DNA of 64,000 nt from Octopus vulgaris (taxonomy: Eukaryota), in contig OX597817.1 in assembly GCA_951406725.2 (NCBI GenBank), forward strand, positions 164,672,001 through 164,736,000, written 5' to 3'. The notes beneath the pieces were generated by a model that saw only the letters and a list, made by a program, of their open reading frames with translations, was not told the origin of the DNA and did not search any database. Every line of letters begins with the position of its first letter. Position 1 is the first letter of the stretch. Positions 36,603-51,555 of this stretch are shown one piece after another. The translations under genes and the position numbers were made by a program.

Positions 36603-39069
36603 TCATCATCATCATCATCATCGTTTAACGTCCGTTTTCCGCGCTAGCACGGGTTGGACGGTTTCGACCGGGGTCTGGGGAGCTCGGGACTGCCCCAGGC
36701 TCCAGTCTAGTCTGGCAGTGTTTCTACAGCTGGATGCCCTTCCTAACGCCAACCACTCCGCGAGTGTAGTGGGTGTTTTTTACGTGCCACCTGCACAGGT
36801 GCCAGAGGGGTCTGGCATCGGCCACGTTCGGATGGTGCTTTTTATGTGGGGGGATATATATATATATAAAACAATAGAAATAATATATATATGCATATAT
36901 ACATACGTATATGTACATACTTATCCGAAATATGAATACATGGAATATGAACTTTTTTGTGAACAACGAAAGAAACAAATGGAAAACAAGACAAGCAACA
37001 TAAAGAACGACCCTTCATCAGTTGGCAGCTGTTTTTCTAATCTGTACTTCAAGCAATTCACAACAAGATACGCCTTCAATAAAACAGCTGCTCCCACAAA
37101 ACAAATTAAATAAAATTTGGGATTTTGTGGAGGGTCAAAATTGGTAACAAAAACAGGACAGTGGAAACAAACAAGAAGGGCTGCTAAGCCTAAATGAGGT
37201 GAGGTGGCGAACACAGAGGAACAAGCTTGGACAGGAGACAGACAAGAATGCATCATATTGCTCCAGATGAATCAGAAGGAAAGAAAGAAACACAAGTCAG
37301 GAAAAGAAAGAAAGATGGCTGATGGTCACATGGAAGCAACGAGAGAGCAAATTTTGCACAGACTTTATTAAACCTGCCTGGATTCACAATCATCACAATT
37401 CACAACAAATTATAAATCAACTATGGTAAGTTTCTTAAGTTCTTTTCCAAGACCAAATTCTGTGCTTATGAAATGCCAAGGAATTCAGTCTTCAATAAGT
37501 CAACAAAATCCACCACTAGACATACAAAGCTAGCTGGATAGTAAACTATGCAGTACATACCTGTTCCCACTATACATTACTGACTGTTTCCTATTACACT
37601 TCACACTAACAACCATTGCATATCAGTATGTAACAGTGTCATCAAAGAACAGACACTTTGTCGTACCACACTACATTCATTAATCATTACTAGTCTAGGT
37701 GTGCAGAGGGTCAATGAACGAAGAAAGTATGTCATATCATACAACACAATAACAATGTTTGATATGTTATTGTTATGGTGTCTGACTAGATGAAGTATAG
37801 CATATGAGGTAGGGAGAAAATACAGACCACTTCAAAAACTCAGCATTCTTCTTATGTGCAACAGGTTTGTTCTAGATAGCTTGACTGCAAATACTAACAA
37901 GAAGAAACAGGTTTTAAACAAATTATTGTTGTTCATCATTGTTGTGAATTAAAAGAACTATCAAATAATTTCTGTAAACTATATCACACAATTCAGAACA
38001 TGTCTGTAAAGAAAACTTCTATTGCTATTGTAGAATAAAGTTTTCAGAGTCAGTCAATCTTTTTCCAACTAATTCAAATAAAAAAAAAAAAAAAAAAAAA
38101 AAAAGTGTAGTGTTGTTGTCCATGACCTTTGCAGGTCCCACTCCAAAGTGGTGGAAGGAAGGAAGAAAATATCCTCAAACCAGAAACTAGTCTGAATGCT
38201 TGAAAGAGTGAATCCTACTATAGACATCCAAAGGTCAGCTGGCAAGGTTAAAACCTGATGATGGATTAAGTCTACCACCTGAATAGGCCACAATGAGATT
38301 TGAACTAAAAATGCAAAATGCTGGAATAATATTGCAAAGCATCTCGTCCAATGCTTTCATATTTCCACCAGGTCAGTACTTTTATCCTTCAGCTCAGAAA
38401 GGATAAAAGACAAAATTGCAGACTGAGTTTTTTTTTTAAAGATAGTCTTGCAGGCATTATGGCTGTGAGTGACAAGTATTACAGGTACTAATAAATTCTC
38501 CACCTATAATGCTGCAACTCCAGATGCAAATTAACCAACTGGAGATGGTCCTTGGTTGTGTAAAGGGAGGTGTTAAAACATGCAGATGAGGATGGTTTCA
38601 ATTTCCCAGAAAAAAAAAAAAAAAAAAAAAAAAACACAAAAACAAAATATTTTCATATATAAGAAGACAAAACAGAAGTTCAAACTGATGTGAAATGTGA
38701 GCTACAAGTAATGAGATATTATAATAGTCCTGTAACTAAAAGAATAAAAGAACATGACATATACACAAATTCATGTAATAACAATTTGTTATTTTATGAT
38801 TCAGTTATTTTCTACAATGATGATCATTTTTTTTGTTGTTCCCTCCAAATTTTGATCTTTTATTGATCTATGGTGACATGAACAATGGTAAAGACACATA
38901 CATTTAAAATAGCAACAGTAATAAAAAGAACATTAATAGGAAGATGAATACTATAAAATATCAAACAGAATAGAGAAGACAAAGTTGCCCTGAAAAGATA
39001 TATCTATTTATTATAAACTTGAAAGGTAGGTTTGGAAAGACTCTAGAAATGCTAGAGCAGGCAGCAGAA

Positions 39070-40166
39070 GTGAGTAAATATGTGCTGTGTAATATGGAGG
39101 GAGAAGAGCCTCAACTAGATAGCTCAAGAACAAGAAACACAGACACAGATACTAATTCATCAGGCTATATAACAGTGCTGGAATTGGTAGAATAGGAATT
39201 TTGTTGGCAGAGAAATAGATAGAGTAATTGAGATAGTAAAAGTGTGTGATGAAATTAGGGATAGACTAATCATAGGCAACATTACAACAACAGTGACCTC
39301 TGCTTATATACTCTAATCAGGACTGGTAGTTGAGCAAAAGGACTGTTTCTATGAGATCCTATCGGAGAGGGTTACAATAACAAATGAGGATGAACTGATA
39401 ATCATGGGACAAACAGACGGTTGTCAATACTAAGTTTCACCTAGATGAGCAATGTTCTACCTGATATAGGCTAGTGATTAACATCAGCATATGAGTGGGA
39501 TGGACCCAGGAACACAAGACAATCTTCTGAAGTAAATAAGGAAGTTGGACAATCTCATTGTCAGATGTAGGTTCAAAAAAATACAAGATGACATATATAT
39601 AGAGAAGGAAAAGATTATAATGTTGCTAGGAGAGAGGCTATGCATCAATCATATTTAGCCGAAGACAAAGTGGTGAGAGTTTTGCCAATGTTCTAGAATG
39701 TGAAGATCAGAAACATGAAATGTTCCTGATGCAAGGCCAGGTGTCAGTATGAATTAGGATGTTGGTGAGAAGTGCATAGATAATGATAACAATGAATTTG
39801 CCCTCACTGATGTCAAGAAATGCTTATAAGAGAAGAAACAGCCATAGAAATTGATAGTTATACAATCAAAATTACCTTTAAAAATATAAAGGCAGAAAAA
39901 ACAGCTGGATCATGAGAGAGTAACTAAAATGCTTAAAATATTCAGGAAAGCTAGATGCATACCAATCACTTGCAGAGCCAATCAGGCAGTACAAGAAGAG
40001 GTAATTTCTCAATGATTGGTGCATTAGTATCATTGTTATCAAAGGCCACAAAAGTAGAGATGTTGTAGTAAGAAGCAACTTCAGACAGATCAAACTGATG
40101 GACTAAATTATAAAATTAACTTAAGAGTTACAGCACAACTATTAAGGGAGAAAATTAGTTTAGATG
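39070..40166 (+). mobile_element. Heavily decayed RTE (endonuclease to start of RT)
   Basis: Patchy similarity to copies A and C, for example ATCAAACTGATGGAC and AAAATTAGTTTAGATG. Cut off by the mariner at 40169. Confidence 0.6.
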
Positions 40167-40168
40167 TA

Positions 40169-40997
40169 TCAGAGTATTAAGAATGAAATGTCCAATTTTA
40201 AACAGAAAGTTTATTTGACTTTATCTCAACAAAAAGCAATGAAGTTAATCAAAGTTTGTACCTAAAATTACCAACACAATTTTGCCATTTTATCAGTAGC
40301 TTATTTATACCAGCAGCGAAGAATTCTGAAGAGCAAGAAGTGATGAAATCACAAAAGGCTGTTTACACATCTTCAGATTTGAAATTTTTTCCCTACAAAA
40401 TGTTGTCTAATGCCTGGAAAACATGATAGTCTGTTGGTGGAAGGTTTGGTGAATATGGTGGATGACAGAGTACTTCCAAGTTCAGTTCCTGTAACTTGAG
40501 TAGTGTTTTATGTGCAACATGTGGTTGAGTATTGTCTTGCAAGAGAATTGACCTGCCTCTATTGACCAATTTCAGTTGTTTAGTTGCAAGTTCACTCATC
40601 ATTTCATCCAATTGGTTGATGTATACATCTGCTGTAATTGACTTACCAGGTCTGATAAAGTTGGAGTGGATGATGCCAGCGTTGGACCACCAAACAGACA
40701 CCATTAGCTTTTTTTGGTGAATATTCTTTCTTGGATTGTGTTTTGGCACTTTGTCTCTATCCAACCACCATGCAGGATGCTTGCTATTGTTGAAAAAAAT
40801 CAATCACACATAACAATATGAAGCAAAAATGGTTCACTTTTATACCGTGATAGCAAAGAAGAGCAAGTTTCAAGATGACGTGTCACCTGATGCTTATTCA
40901 GTCTATGTAGTACCCACTTGTCCAGCTTCTTTACCTTGCCAATTTCTTTGGGATGGTCCAATACAGTTGGAATCGAAACATCAAACCTTGCTGCTAA
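40169..40997 (-). mobile_element. mariner transposase relic with 3' TIR
   Basis: ORFs 40800-41075 and 40393-40803 give KKLDKWVLH, IVMCD, KLMVSVWW, LLQDNTQPH and HPPYSPNLPPTDYH. TA plus TIR at 40167. Confidence 0.9.
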
Positions 40998-41044
40998 CAC
41001 ACACATATTATATATATATATATAAATATATATATATATACACG

Positions 41045-41792
41045 TGTGTGAGTCGTCTAAGGGACCATAAGTCAAGAGTAAGATGCACTTATATATCTAT
41101 CAATAGAGTGAGTAGAGCCCGTACTGAAGTCAAGGAGGGGGACACACATTATAATGCATATCATGTATGCTAGAAGAACCCTACTTTTCAGTAAGGGGTC
41201 TGCCTGAACTAGACGCACTGACCCAGAGGACTCCTTCAACATGGCAATGGGTGCTTTTGACAGTGCAGATGTGTGTGACCTCTTCGGTCTCTTCATCTGA
41301 AATATACTGAAAAAGAAATTCACTTCAACTAGCTTTGGCCTCTACAGAGATGATGCACTGGCAATATCAAGAGGTACCAATGGCTACACACTAGGAGACA
41401 ATTGAAAGCAGTTGCCATATTGCCTTCTATTATGCAATTCAAACAATGATAGACATAAACCAAATCATAAATAAAAAATAAAATATATTTTTATCAAACA
41501 TATAACTAGATCACAAAAGAACAAAAATGAATAAACAATATATAATAAGTATATAATATACTTATTATATATTCTTTATTCCTTTTTGTACTTTTTGTGA
41601 TCTAGTTATATGTTTTATAAAAAATATATTTTATTTTTTATTTATGATTTGGTTTATGTATATCATTGTTTGAATTGCATAATAGTGGTTTTATCTCTAA
41701 TTTATATATTTATATTGTGAAATTTGATTTAATACTAAATTGAATTTATATATTTATATTGTGAAATTTGATTTAATACTAAATTGAATTTT
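41045..41792 (+). mobile_element. Penelope-like element fragment: RT core plus inverted AT-rich terminus
   Basis: 41160-41396 translates to IMYARRTLLF...FNMAMGAFDSADVCDLFGLFI*...FGLYRDDAL, the PLE RT motifs MG..D.A.VC.L and GLYRDD. Palindrome at 41427-41685 and TA flanks. Confidence 0.8.
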
Positions 41793-42542
41793 TCCCTAAT
41801 ATTATATATATATATGTGTGTGTGTGTATACCAGCAGAGATACCAGGCACTGCTTGGGATTAAAATGGCATAGTTTTTTTTATTGCTTTACTTGCGGCCA
41901 TGCTGGAGCACCACCTTTAGACGAAGAAATCGACCCCAGGATTTATTCTTTGTAAGCCTGTACTTATTCTATCAGTTTGTTTTGCAAAAAGGCTAAGTTA
42001 TAGAAGATGTAAACACAGCAACATCAGTTGTCAAGTGATGGTAGGGGTTCAAACATGCACACATGCACACACACACACTCACACACAAATATATGCACAT
42101 ACACACACACACATACATACATACATACATATACACACATAGAAAGCACCATTAAAGTGTGATTGTTGCCAGTGTCACCTGACCGGCTCCTGTGCCAGTG
42201 GCACGTAAAGAATGCCATTTCAGCGTGGTCGTTGCCAGTGCCGCCAGACTGGCTCCTGTGCAGGTGGCACGTAAAAAGTACCATTTAAGTGTGGTTGATG
42301 CCAGTACCAGCTGACTAGTCCTCATGCCGGTGGTATGTAAAAACATCCACTACACTCAGATTGGTTGGCATTAGGAAGTGCATCCAGATGTAGAAACTTT
42401 GCCAGATCAGATTGGAGCCTGGCACAGCCTTCTGGCTTGCCAACCCTCAGTCAAACTATCCAACCCATGCCAGCATGGAAAGCAAACGTTAAACGACAAT
42501 GACGATGATGCTAATACATACATACATGCATACATATATACA

Positions 42543-42652
<110 letters not shown>

Positions 42653-42826
42653 TACATATATACACATATATACATATGTACATATATAAATATATATATA
42701 TACATATACCGGAGTAAACACATAAATGTGAAGCCAGATGGAAAAAGAGTACTCAAATACCAGAGGTAGAGTAATATGCTTTATTTAAAAGCAGCAGAAA
42801 TTTAACAAAAGCTGTTAACAGTTTTG

Positions 42827-42883
42827 TTAACAAAACTGTCCGACGAATGGGAACGTGAAACTCTGAGTAACAGCTTTTGTTAA
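42827..42883 (+). ncRNA. Minimal type I hammerhead ribozyme fold (U4C core variant) within a Penelope-like palindrome at 42709-42906
   Basis: ctgt-CCGACGA-atg(ggaa)cgt-GAAA-ctc(t)gag-TA-acag. Stem I extends by ttaacaaaa/ttttgttaa. Confidence 0.65.
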
Positions 42884-42902
42884 ATTTCTGCTGTTTTTAA
42901 AT

Positions 42903-42971
<69 letters not shown>

Positions 42972-44025
42972 TATACATGTGGAAAATCGGTGTGTGTTTG
43001 TTTGTGGTGTTGTTATCTAACTCCTCCTACATTGTTTTATTGATTTTTGATGAAACTTGACATGTTAGTAGAATTCATGTCTGGAAACCTCATGATATAC
43101 TTAGATTGTTGAAAAAACTGATAATGCAGCCCCAGTTAAGGCATCTTTATATCTACCTCATATAACTATTTTTTTTAAACACCCAAGAGAAATAACCCAT
43201 TTCAATGTTTATGTTCGATTACCTTGAATATTGAGTTTTTGTGTGTCCAATTTCTAATTTTTGCAGGCAATATCACTTTGTTTTTTACTTTATTTGACAC
43301 TGGAAGCCTCATGACATAGATTGTTGAAAATATCAATGAAAAGGCCCATCCAATGGATCCTCCTATCTACTACATATTACAAATATTTTATTTAAACAGC
43401 CCAAGGGAAATAACACATACCACCTGCGGTTTTTAGTGATGCAATCAATATTTGATTCTCCCGATCAGTTGACCTTATTCTGCATTTCACTACTCACAGT
43501 TTTGAACTGCTAAACATTATTATTGCTCTTCCTTAATTTGAATCTCTTCATTCATGCATTTCTATGCATACATACTTTTTTGAATGCCCATTACTCTGAT
43601 AATTCTGCATTTTTACAGTTACACTTTCTCCATGACAGTAGATAAATTTTTTTTTTTCCACAATGTATTTGTAGTGGCTTCATGCAGGCATAGCATGGAT
43701 TCGACACTTGATTGCCAAATTTAACTTAACACTTCGGCAGTACTTTTCTCACGGTAAAACAATAGTTTTTCTGTGCAAAAGGAAATCATCGTTCCCATCT
43801 CTAGCCTGGTGTGATACACATGTACCTAAGTTTCTGGGTAGTAATCCATCATCAGTTTGTGACAATCACTGGCTAGGGATGAGAAGAAATTCCAAACGCA
43901 AAATACTATATGCTTTTCCCAGTGACAAACCATCGCTAATCTTGCAAAAGGAGAAACGAGCAATAGTAAATCTCTGAGCGAGATGTAAACTGAAGCAGCA
44001 CGACATCGTGAAGTATATTTGCTAC
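42972..44025 (+). mobile_element. Old Helitron-like element with an internal duplication of about 220-bp period
   Basis: Helitron-style 5' region (GTTT microsatellite, TTGATGAAACTTG). 43081-43200 resembles 43300-43420. CACGA-CA-TCGTG hairpin and degenerate CTAC end. Confidence 0.45.
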
Positions 44026-44035
44026 CTAAATGATA

Positions 44036-44403
44036 TCTCTCTCTATATAAACGGCAGTTTGTCTGTGCGTGTTTCTGTGTGTCTGTTTGCTTGTACCCTC
44101 ACCCTGACCACGGCTTTCAACCGATTCTGATGAAACTTGACACACACATAGCCCAATGTCATAATTCAAAACTAACGCAGCGAAAATTTTGAAAAGTTCC
44201 CCCAGTTCTGGAAAAAAATCGATAAATTCGACATGGGGTCGAGAATCAGAAAACACAAACCGTCTAGGGGACGCAACTCCACCTTTTTTACTCTCAAAAA
44301 AAATTTACCATCATTTTTTTTCCATTTTTTGGCTATAACTCTCTAAAAATGCTTTATAGTTATTTCCCTTACAAACCTGAGCAACGCCGGGCGATACTGC
44401 TAG
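44036..44403 (+). mobile_element. Non-autonomous Helitron, family A
   Basis: A|TC start, subterminal hairpin and CTAG|T end. Confidence 0.9.
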
Positions 44404-44417
44404 TATATATATATATA

Positions 44418-44780
44418 GGAGTAGGAGTGGCTGTGGGGTAAGTAGCTTGCTTATGAACCACATGGTTCTGGGTTCAGTCTCACTGCATGACACCTTGGGC
44501 AACCAAAGCCTTGTGAGTGGATTTGGTAGACGGAAACAGAAAGAAGCTCATTGTATATATGTGTACATATATATATATGTATGTATATGTTTGTGTGTCT
44601 GTGTTTGTCCCCTCAACATCGCTTGACAACTGATACTGGTGTGTTTACATCCCCTGTTACTTAGCGGTTTGGCAAAACAGACTGATAGAATAAGTCCTGG
44701 GATCGATTTGCTCGACTCAAGGCGGTGTTCCAGCATGGCCACAGTCAAGTGACTGAAACAAATAAAAGAGTAAAGAGTAT
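44418..44780 (+). mobile_element. tRNA-derived SINE; tail-only copies at about 41885-42110, 44915-45090 and 46595-46800
   Basis: Same family as 26262-26670. Confidence 0.85.
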
Positions 44781-45509
44781 ATATAAATACAAAAGTAAAT
44801 GACGACTTAAGCCCTATTGTACCTAAAGTAATAAACCTTTGGTAAATGTATTCTTGTCTCCACTAGTTTGCTTGTGTATAGCTTAATAAAGCTATACATA
44901 TATACATATATATTACTCTTTTACTCTGTTACTTGTTTCAGTCATTTAAGTATGGCCATGCCGGAGTACCGCCTTTTAGTTGAAGAAATCGACCCCTGGA
45001 CTTGTTCTTTGTAAGCCTGGTGCTTATTCTATCAATATCTTCTGCTGAACCGCTAGGTTATGGTGACGTAAACACACCAACATCAGTTTCTAACTGATAC
45101 ATCATCATCATCATCATCATCGTTTATATATATATATACGCACACACACACACATATATATATGTAAGTGAGGTAAGTGAGATAAGAGTTTGTATTAATA
45201 TTGAAAGTGTTCAAACTGAAATTATCTCACATTACAATAGAGATGTTATTGTTTCACTTTTGACATGTAATACTGAAATAGTGTAAGAGATAAGAGATTG
45301 CTCCTGGCTTGCATTAGGCAAGAAGTTGAAAAGATTTTTGGCCCATGATATATATATTTATTTTCACACTCATAAAGCACTGAGTCACACAGGCAACTTG
45401 GATAAGCGTTTTATAGGTGCAAAACTGATGGTCACTCTCTGACTGGCCATTAGTGGTCTAATGTTTTAGAGTTTGCCTCTTTCTTGGATAAATGAACTAC
45501 TGACAATAT

Positions 45510-45553
<44 letters not shown>

Positions 45554-47388
45554 GTATATGTATGTATGTATGTATGTATGTACTTTAAGGTAGTCAAGAA
45601 GATTATTAAGAATAATATTATAATAAAAGGATAAAACTTCTTTGAATTCTGAGTATATACCAAAATTTTACCACAATAGAGGAAGGAAAAGAAAATTACA
45701 AAGAAATAGTTTGATATTTATATTTATTATTTATCTAAATATTAACTTGTTAGATGGTATCTATGGAGATTTAACTGGTATTTAATAAAAGAACACTGAG
45801 GCTAAAGAACATGTTAACTATATACTAATTTAATTAAATCAAATTATTTTAAGTTGAGGAGATACTTGTATTGTCTTATATAAGCTAAGTATGAATTAAT
45901 TGGGATACAAAGATTAGATTTATTAAAGGCTATAATAGAATAATAAAATGATCAGTTAGTGTAGAGCACCATAAAAAAGGAATAAAGGTAGCCTAATCAC
46001 TAAGACCATAATGAAGCATAATATACCTTATTAACTTCAATAGAGAAGATTTATAGAAACTGTATAATAATTTAAGTATTATGAACTAAAAATTGTTTAA
46101 CTTATTTTGCTTATTACAATCAAGACTGATACCCGGTATTGGTTAAAAGAATATTGTTGTTAAAAGGACGTGCTAATTATATACTAATATTAAATTAAGA
46201 GGTATAATATAGGCCTTAGATATACAAGGATTTGATAAAACTAGTCTATAAATTAAAACTGAGCTCATAAAACAGTGACAAGCAAAATCTGTTACAAGTC
46301 TTTCTTCCTGATACCTTAGTAGCTTCTAAGCTGAAGTAGCTTCTAAGCTGAAGTGAAGGCAGCATATTCTTTGTCTATCTTCTTAACTTCTTGGAGATTT
46401 TAAGTAAAATTATACTAATGTGTCCATCTGTTTTAATTTAATTAAATTCTATGTCTTTGCGCAGCTGAGGATTGCTCTGCATTTAAATTGATGTAATGGT
46501 TGCATTGTTCAATTAAATGGAGTTGCATGAAATGATTGTACTGCCTTGCTTCTGGATATCCTTGTTACTTATTTTGATTATATATATATATGTATATGTT
46601 TGTGTGTCTGTGTTTGTCTCCCCAACATCACTTGATAACCGATGTTGGTGTGCTTACGTCTCCGTAACTTAGTGGTTCAGAAAAAGAGACTAATAGAATA
46701 AGTACTTGGCTTATAAAGAATAGGTCCTGGGGTCAATTTGCTCGACTAAAGACAGTGCTCCAGCATGGCCACAGTCAAATGTTTGAAACAAATACAAGAA
46801 TACCGTTACTTTGTATAATGCCATGACCCAACAAGCAGGTGCGATATAATTGAAAGAGCATGCAAGGTTAAGAAAATTCATTTTGGCCTCTGTGTGTACA
46901 CGTTCTCATTGTAGTAGTAAACCATAGATAGTGATAGAATGATGTTGTAAGAGAAAAGAAATTGAGCTAGTGAAAGTTATAGAGTCGAGTGAAGTTGTGT
47001 CTAATAGTTGGCTATTGTAACCTTCTTTTTCCCTCTGGCCTTTTGTCTTTAGTGGCTGCCTGCTTGTGGCCATGTCGTCTCGGTTCACTAACAGTTGCTC
47101 TAACTGATTTTTGCCTTATTAGTATTTATAACCATGCAAAACCAGTCAGAAAGAGAGACACGTCGTTGGTGGTACCTGTTATTTCAATTCTAACTTTTGG
47201 TGGCCCAGAAGAGGTTAGAAGGGTCAAGTGGGAAAGACATTATTCTGCTCAGCGAAGCCATCTGGTAAATGTAACTGCTGTCATTCATTGAAAAACTCAT
47301 GTTTTACCTGCGAGAAAAGTACTGTTGAACTGTTAAATGAAAGTTGGCGATTGAGGATCGAATTCACACCATGCCTGCATGAAACCAT

Positions 47389-47407
47389 TACACACACACA
47401 CACACAC

Positions 47408-47438
<31 letters not shown>

Positions 47439-47909
47439 TGTATGTATGTATGTATGTATGTATGTATGTATGTATGTATATATGTGTATGTATGTATGTA
47501 TGTATGTACGTACGTATGTATGTATGTATGTATGTATGTATGTATTTATGTATGTATGTATGTATGTATGTATGTATGTATGTATGTATGTATGTATGTA
47601 TGTATGTATGTATGTATGTATGTATGTATGTATGTATGTATGTATGTATGTATGTATGTATGTATGTATGTGTGTATGTATGTATGTATGTATGTATGTA
47701 TGTATGTATGTATGTATGCATGTGTGTGTGTGTGTGTATGTGTGTGTGTATGTATGTATGTATGTATGTATGTATGTATGTATGTATGTATGTATGTATG
47801 TATGTATGTGTGTATGTATGTATGTATGTATGTATGTATGTATGTATGTATGCATGTATGTATGTATGTATGTATGTATGTATGTATGTATGTATGTGTG
47901 TATGTATGT
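47389..47909. repeat. (CA)n plus long (TATG)n microsatellite
   Basis: Directly visible. Confidence 0.98.
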
Positions 47910-48179
47910 AGATTTACTGTAATCTCTTTGGCTTAAACAAGTACAATTTTCTAATCGTAAGAACCATAAGCATAGGCGCTTGTATGAAGAACTTTGTGAC
48001 GTAATTTTCCAGGGCGTGCAGAAAATTCGTCGCCCTACGCGTATCTCGGGCAAGCCCGATTGACGGTATTTTCTTGCCTTGGAATTTATCTTGAACCGGT
48101 AATGTTCCTGGGAGCATTGCCAAGCCAGGGATTTAGAAATCTTCAACATTCCAGAGAGGGGGAAACATGCTCTGGGGGT

Positions 48180-48790
48180 CACTGACTTCTTGTTTTGTTG
48201 TTATTTGAGGCCTTCCTGTTGCTGTTGTTATTGGTGCTACTATTACTGCATTCGCAGCTGTCGGTTTTAGAGTTGCTGCTACTAATGCTGCTGTGTTCGC
48301 ACGCCGCTGTTCGTGCTGCTGCTGTTGCTTTTGTGGTTATAGAAATAGGGTTTCTTTCTTTTCCTCTGCTTTGTTGTGGACAGAAAACCTTGAAATGGTT
48401 TGTCATCACACAAGTGGCACCTTAACATTTTGCCCTCAGCAGTAACATATAATTTTGTACCATCTGGCAGATTGGTCAGGTTGGGATAGATTCCATACTC
48501 TCTTGATCAGTTTGGATCAATAACTATATCCCTTTCCCTGAAGAATTTTATTTCTGCAGCCCCTGGACCAGCTGAATGTTAGTTTTGCTATTTACTTCGA
48601 AGAGGACCTCTACTATCAACCAGCAGATGTTTGCTTCTGGGGGTACATCAATAATTTTTATTCTCACTATCCTACGGCCAAGGTAGATTAGTCTGAAGCC
48701 CAGTTTGTCACTCTTCAGTGTTTATGTGGTGTGCTTCCTGTCCATATCCTCTGTCGGGAAAATTACTCCTACCGTGATTCTGCGAAAGGC
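48180..48790 (-). mobile_element. Decayed gag-like ORF1 of a LINE
   Basis: Broken frames give RIKIIDVPPE and a CCHC knuckle relic (EGKMLRCHLCDD..HFKVFCP), followed by a low-complexity tract. Confidence 0.45.
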
Positions 48791-48879
48791 TGAAAACGGC
48801 CGCTGAAATACAAAAGGCGATGTGCGATCACACAAGTCGCAAATCGCCCGGTTTGCATGGGCTGCTCTATGAATTCTAT

Positions 48880-51192
<2,313 letters not shown>

Positions 51193-51555
51193 TTGTGAGA
51201 GCGTACTCCACCAAGAATCGAATTCATTCGGAAGCCGATTCACTCTGGCTTTTACGCGTTGAAATGAGCTGTATTTGTAGGCTTTGTTTACCGACAGTCC
51301 TAGTTACGCCACTAGACTATCACGTGAACAAAAAGTGCTAACTGGGCTGGGGTATGCACACATAATCAACTCGTGATTTTCGTCGAGTCGAATTTAACTC
51401 TTATAGATTTGTAGGGAAAACGACCGTACGTAAGGAGTTGGTGACAGAAATGTCTCCTTTTTAACGCCGCACGGTCGCCCTAACAAAATAAATCAAAATA
51501 CATGGTATAAAAGAATAAGTGCCAAAAGGAATAATGAGGACGACAACCATTCTAC

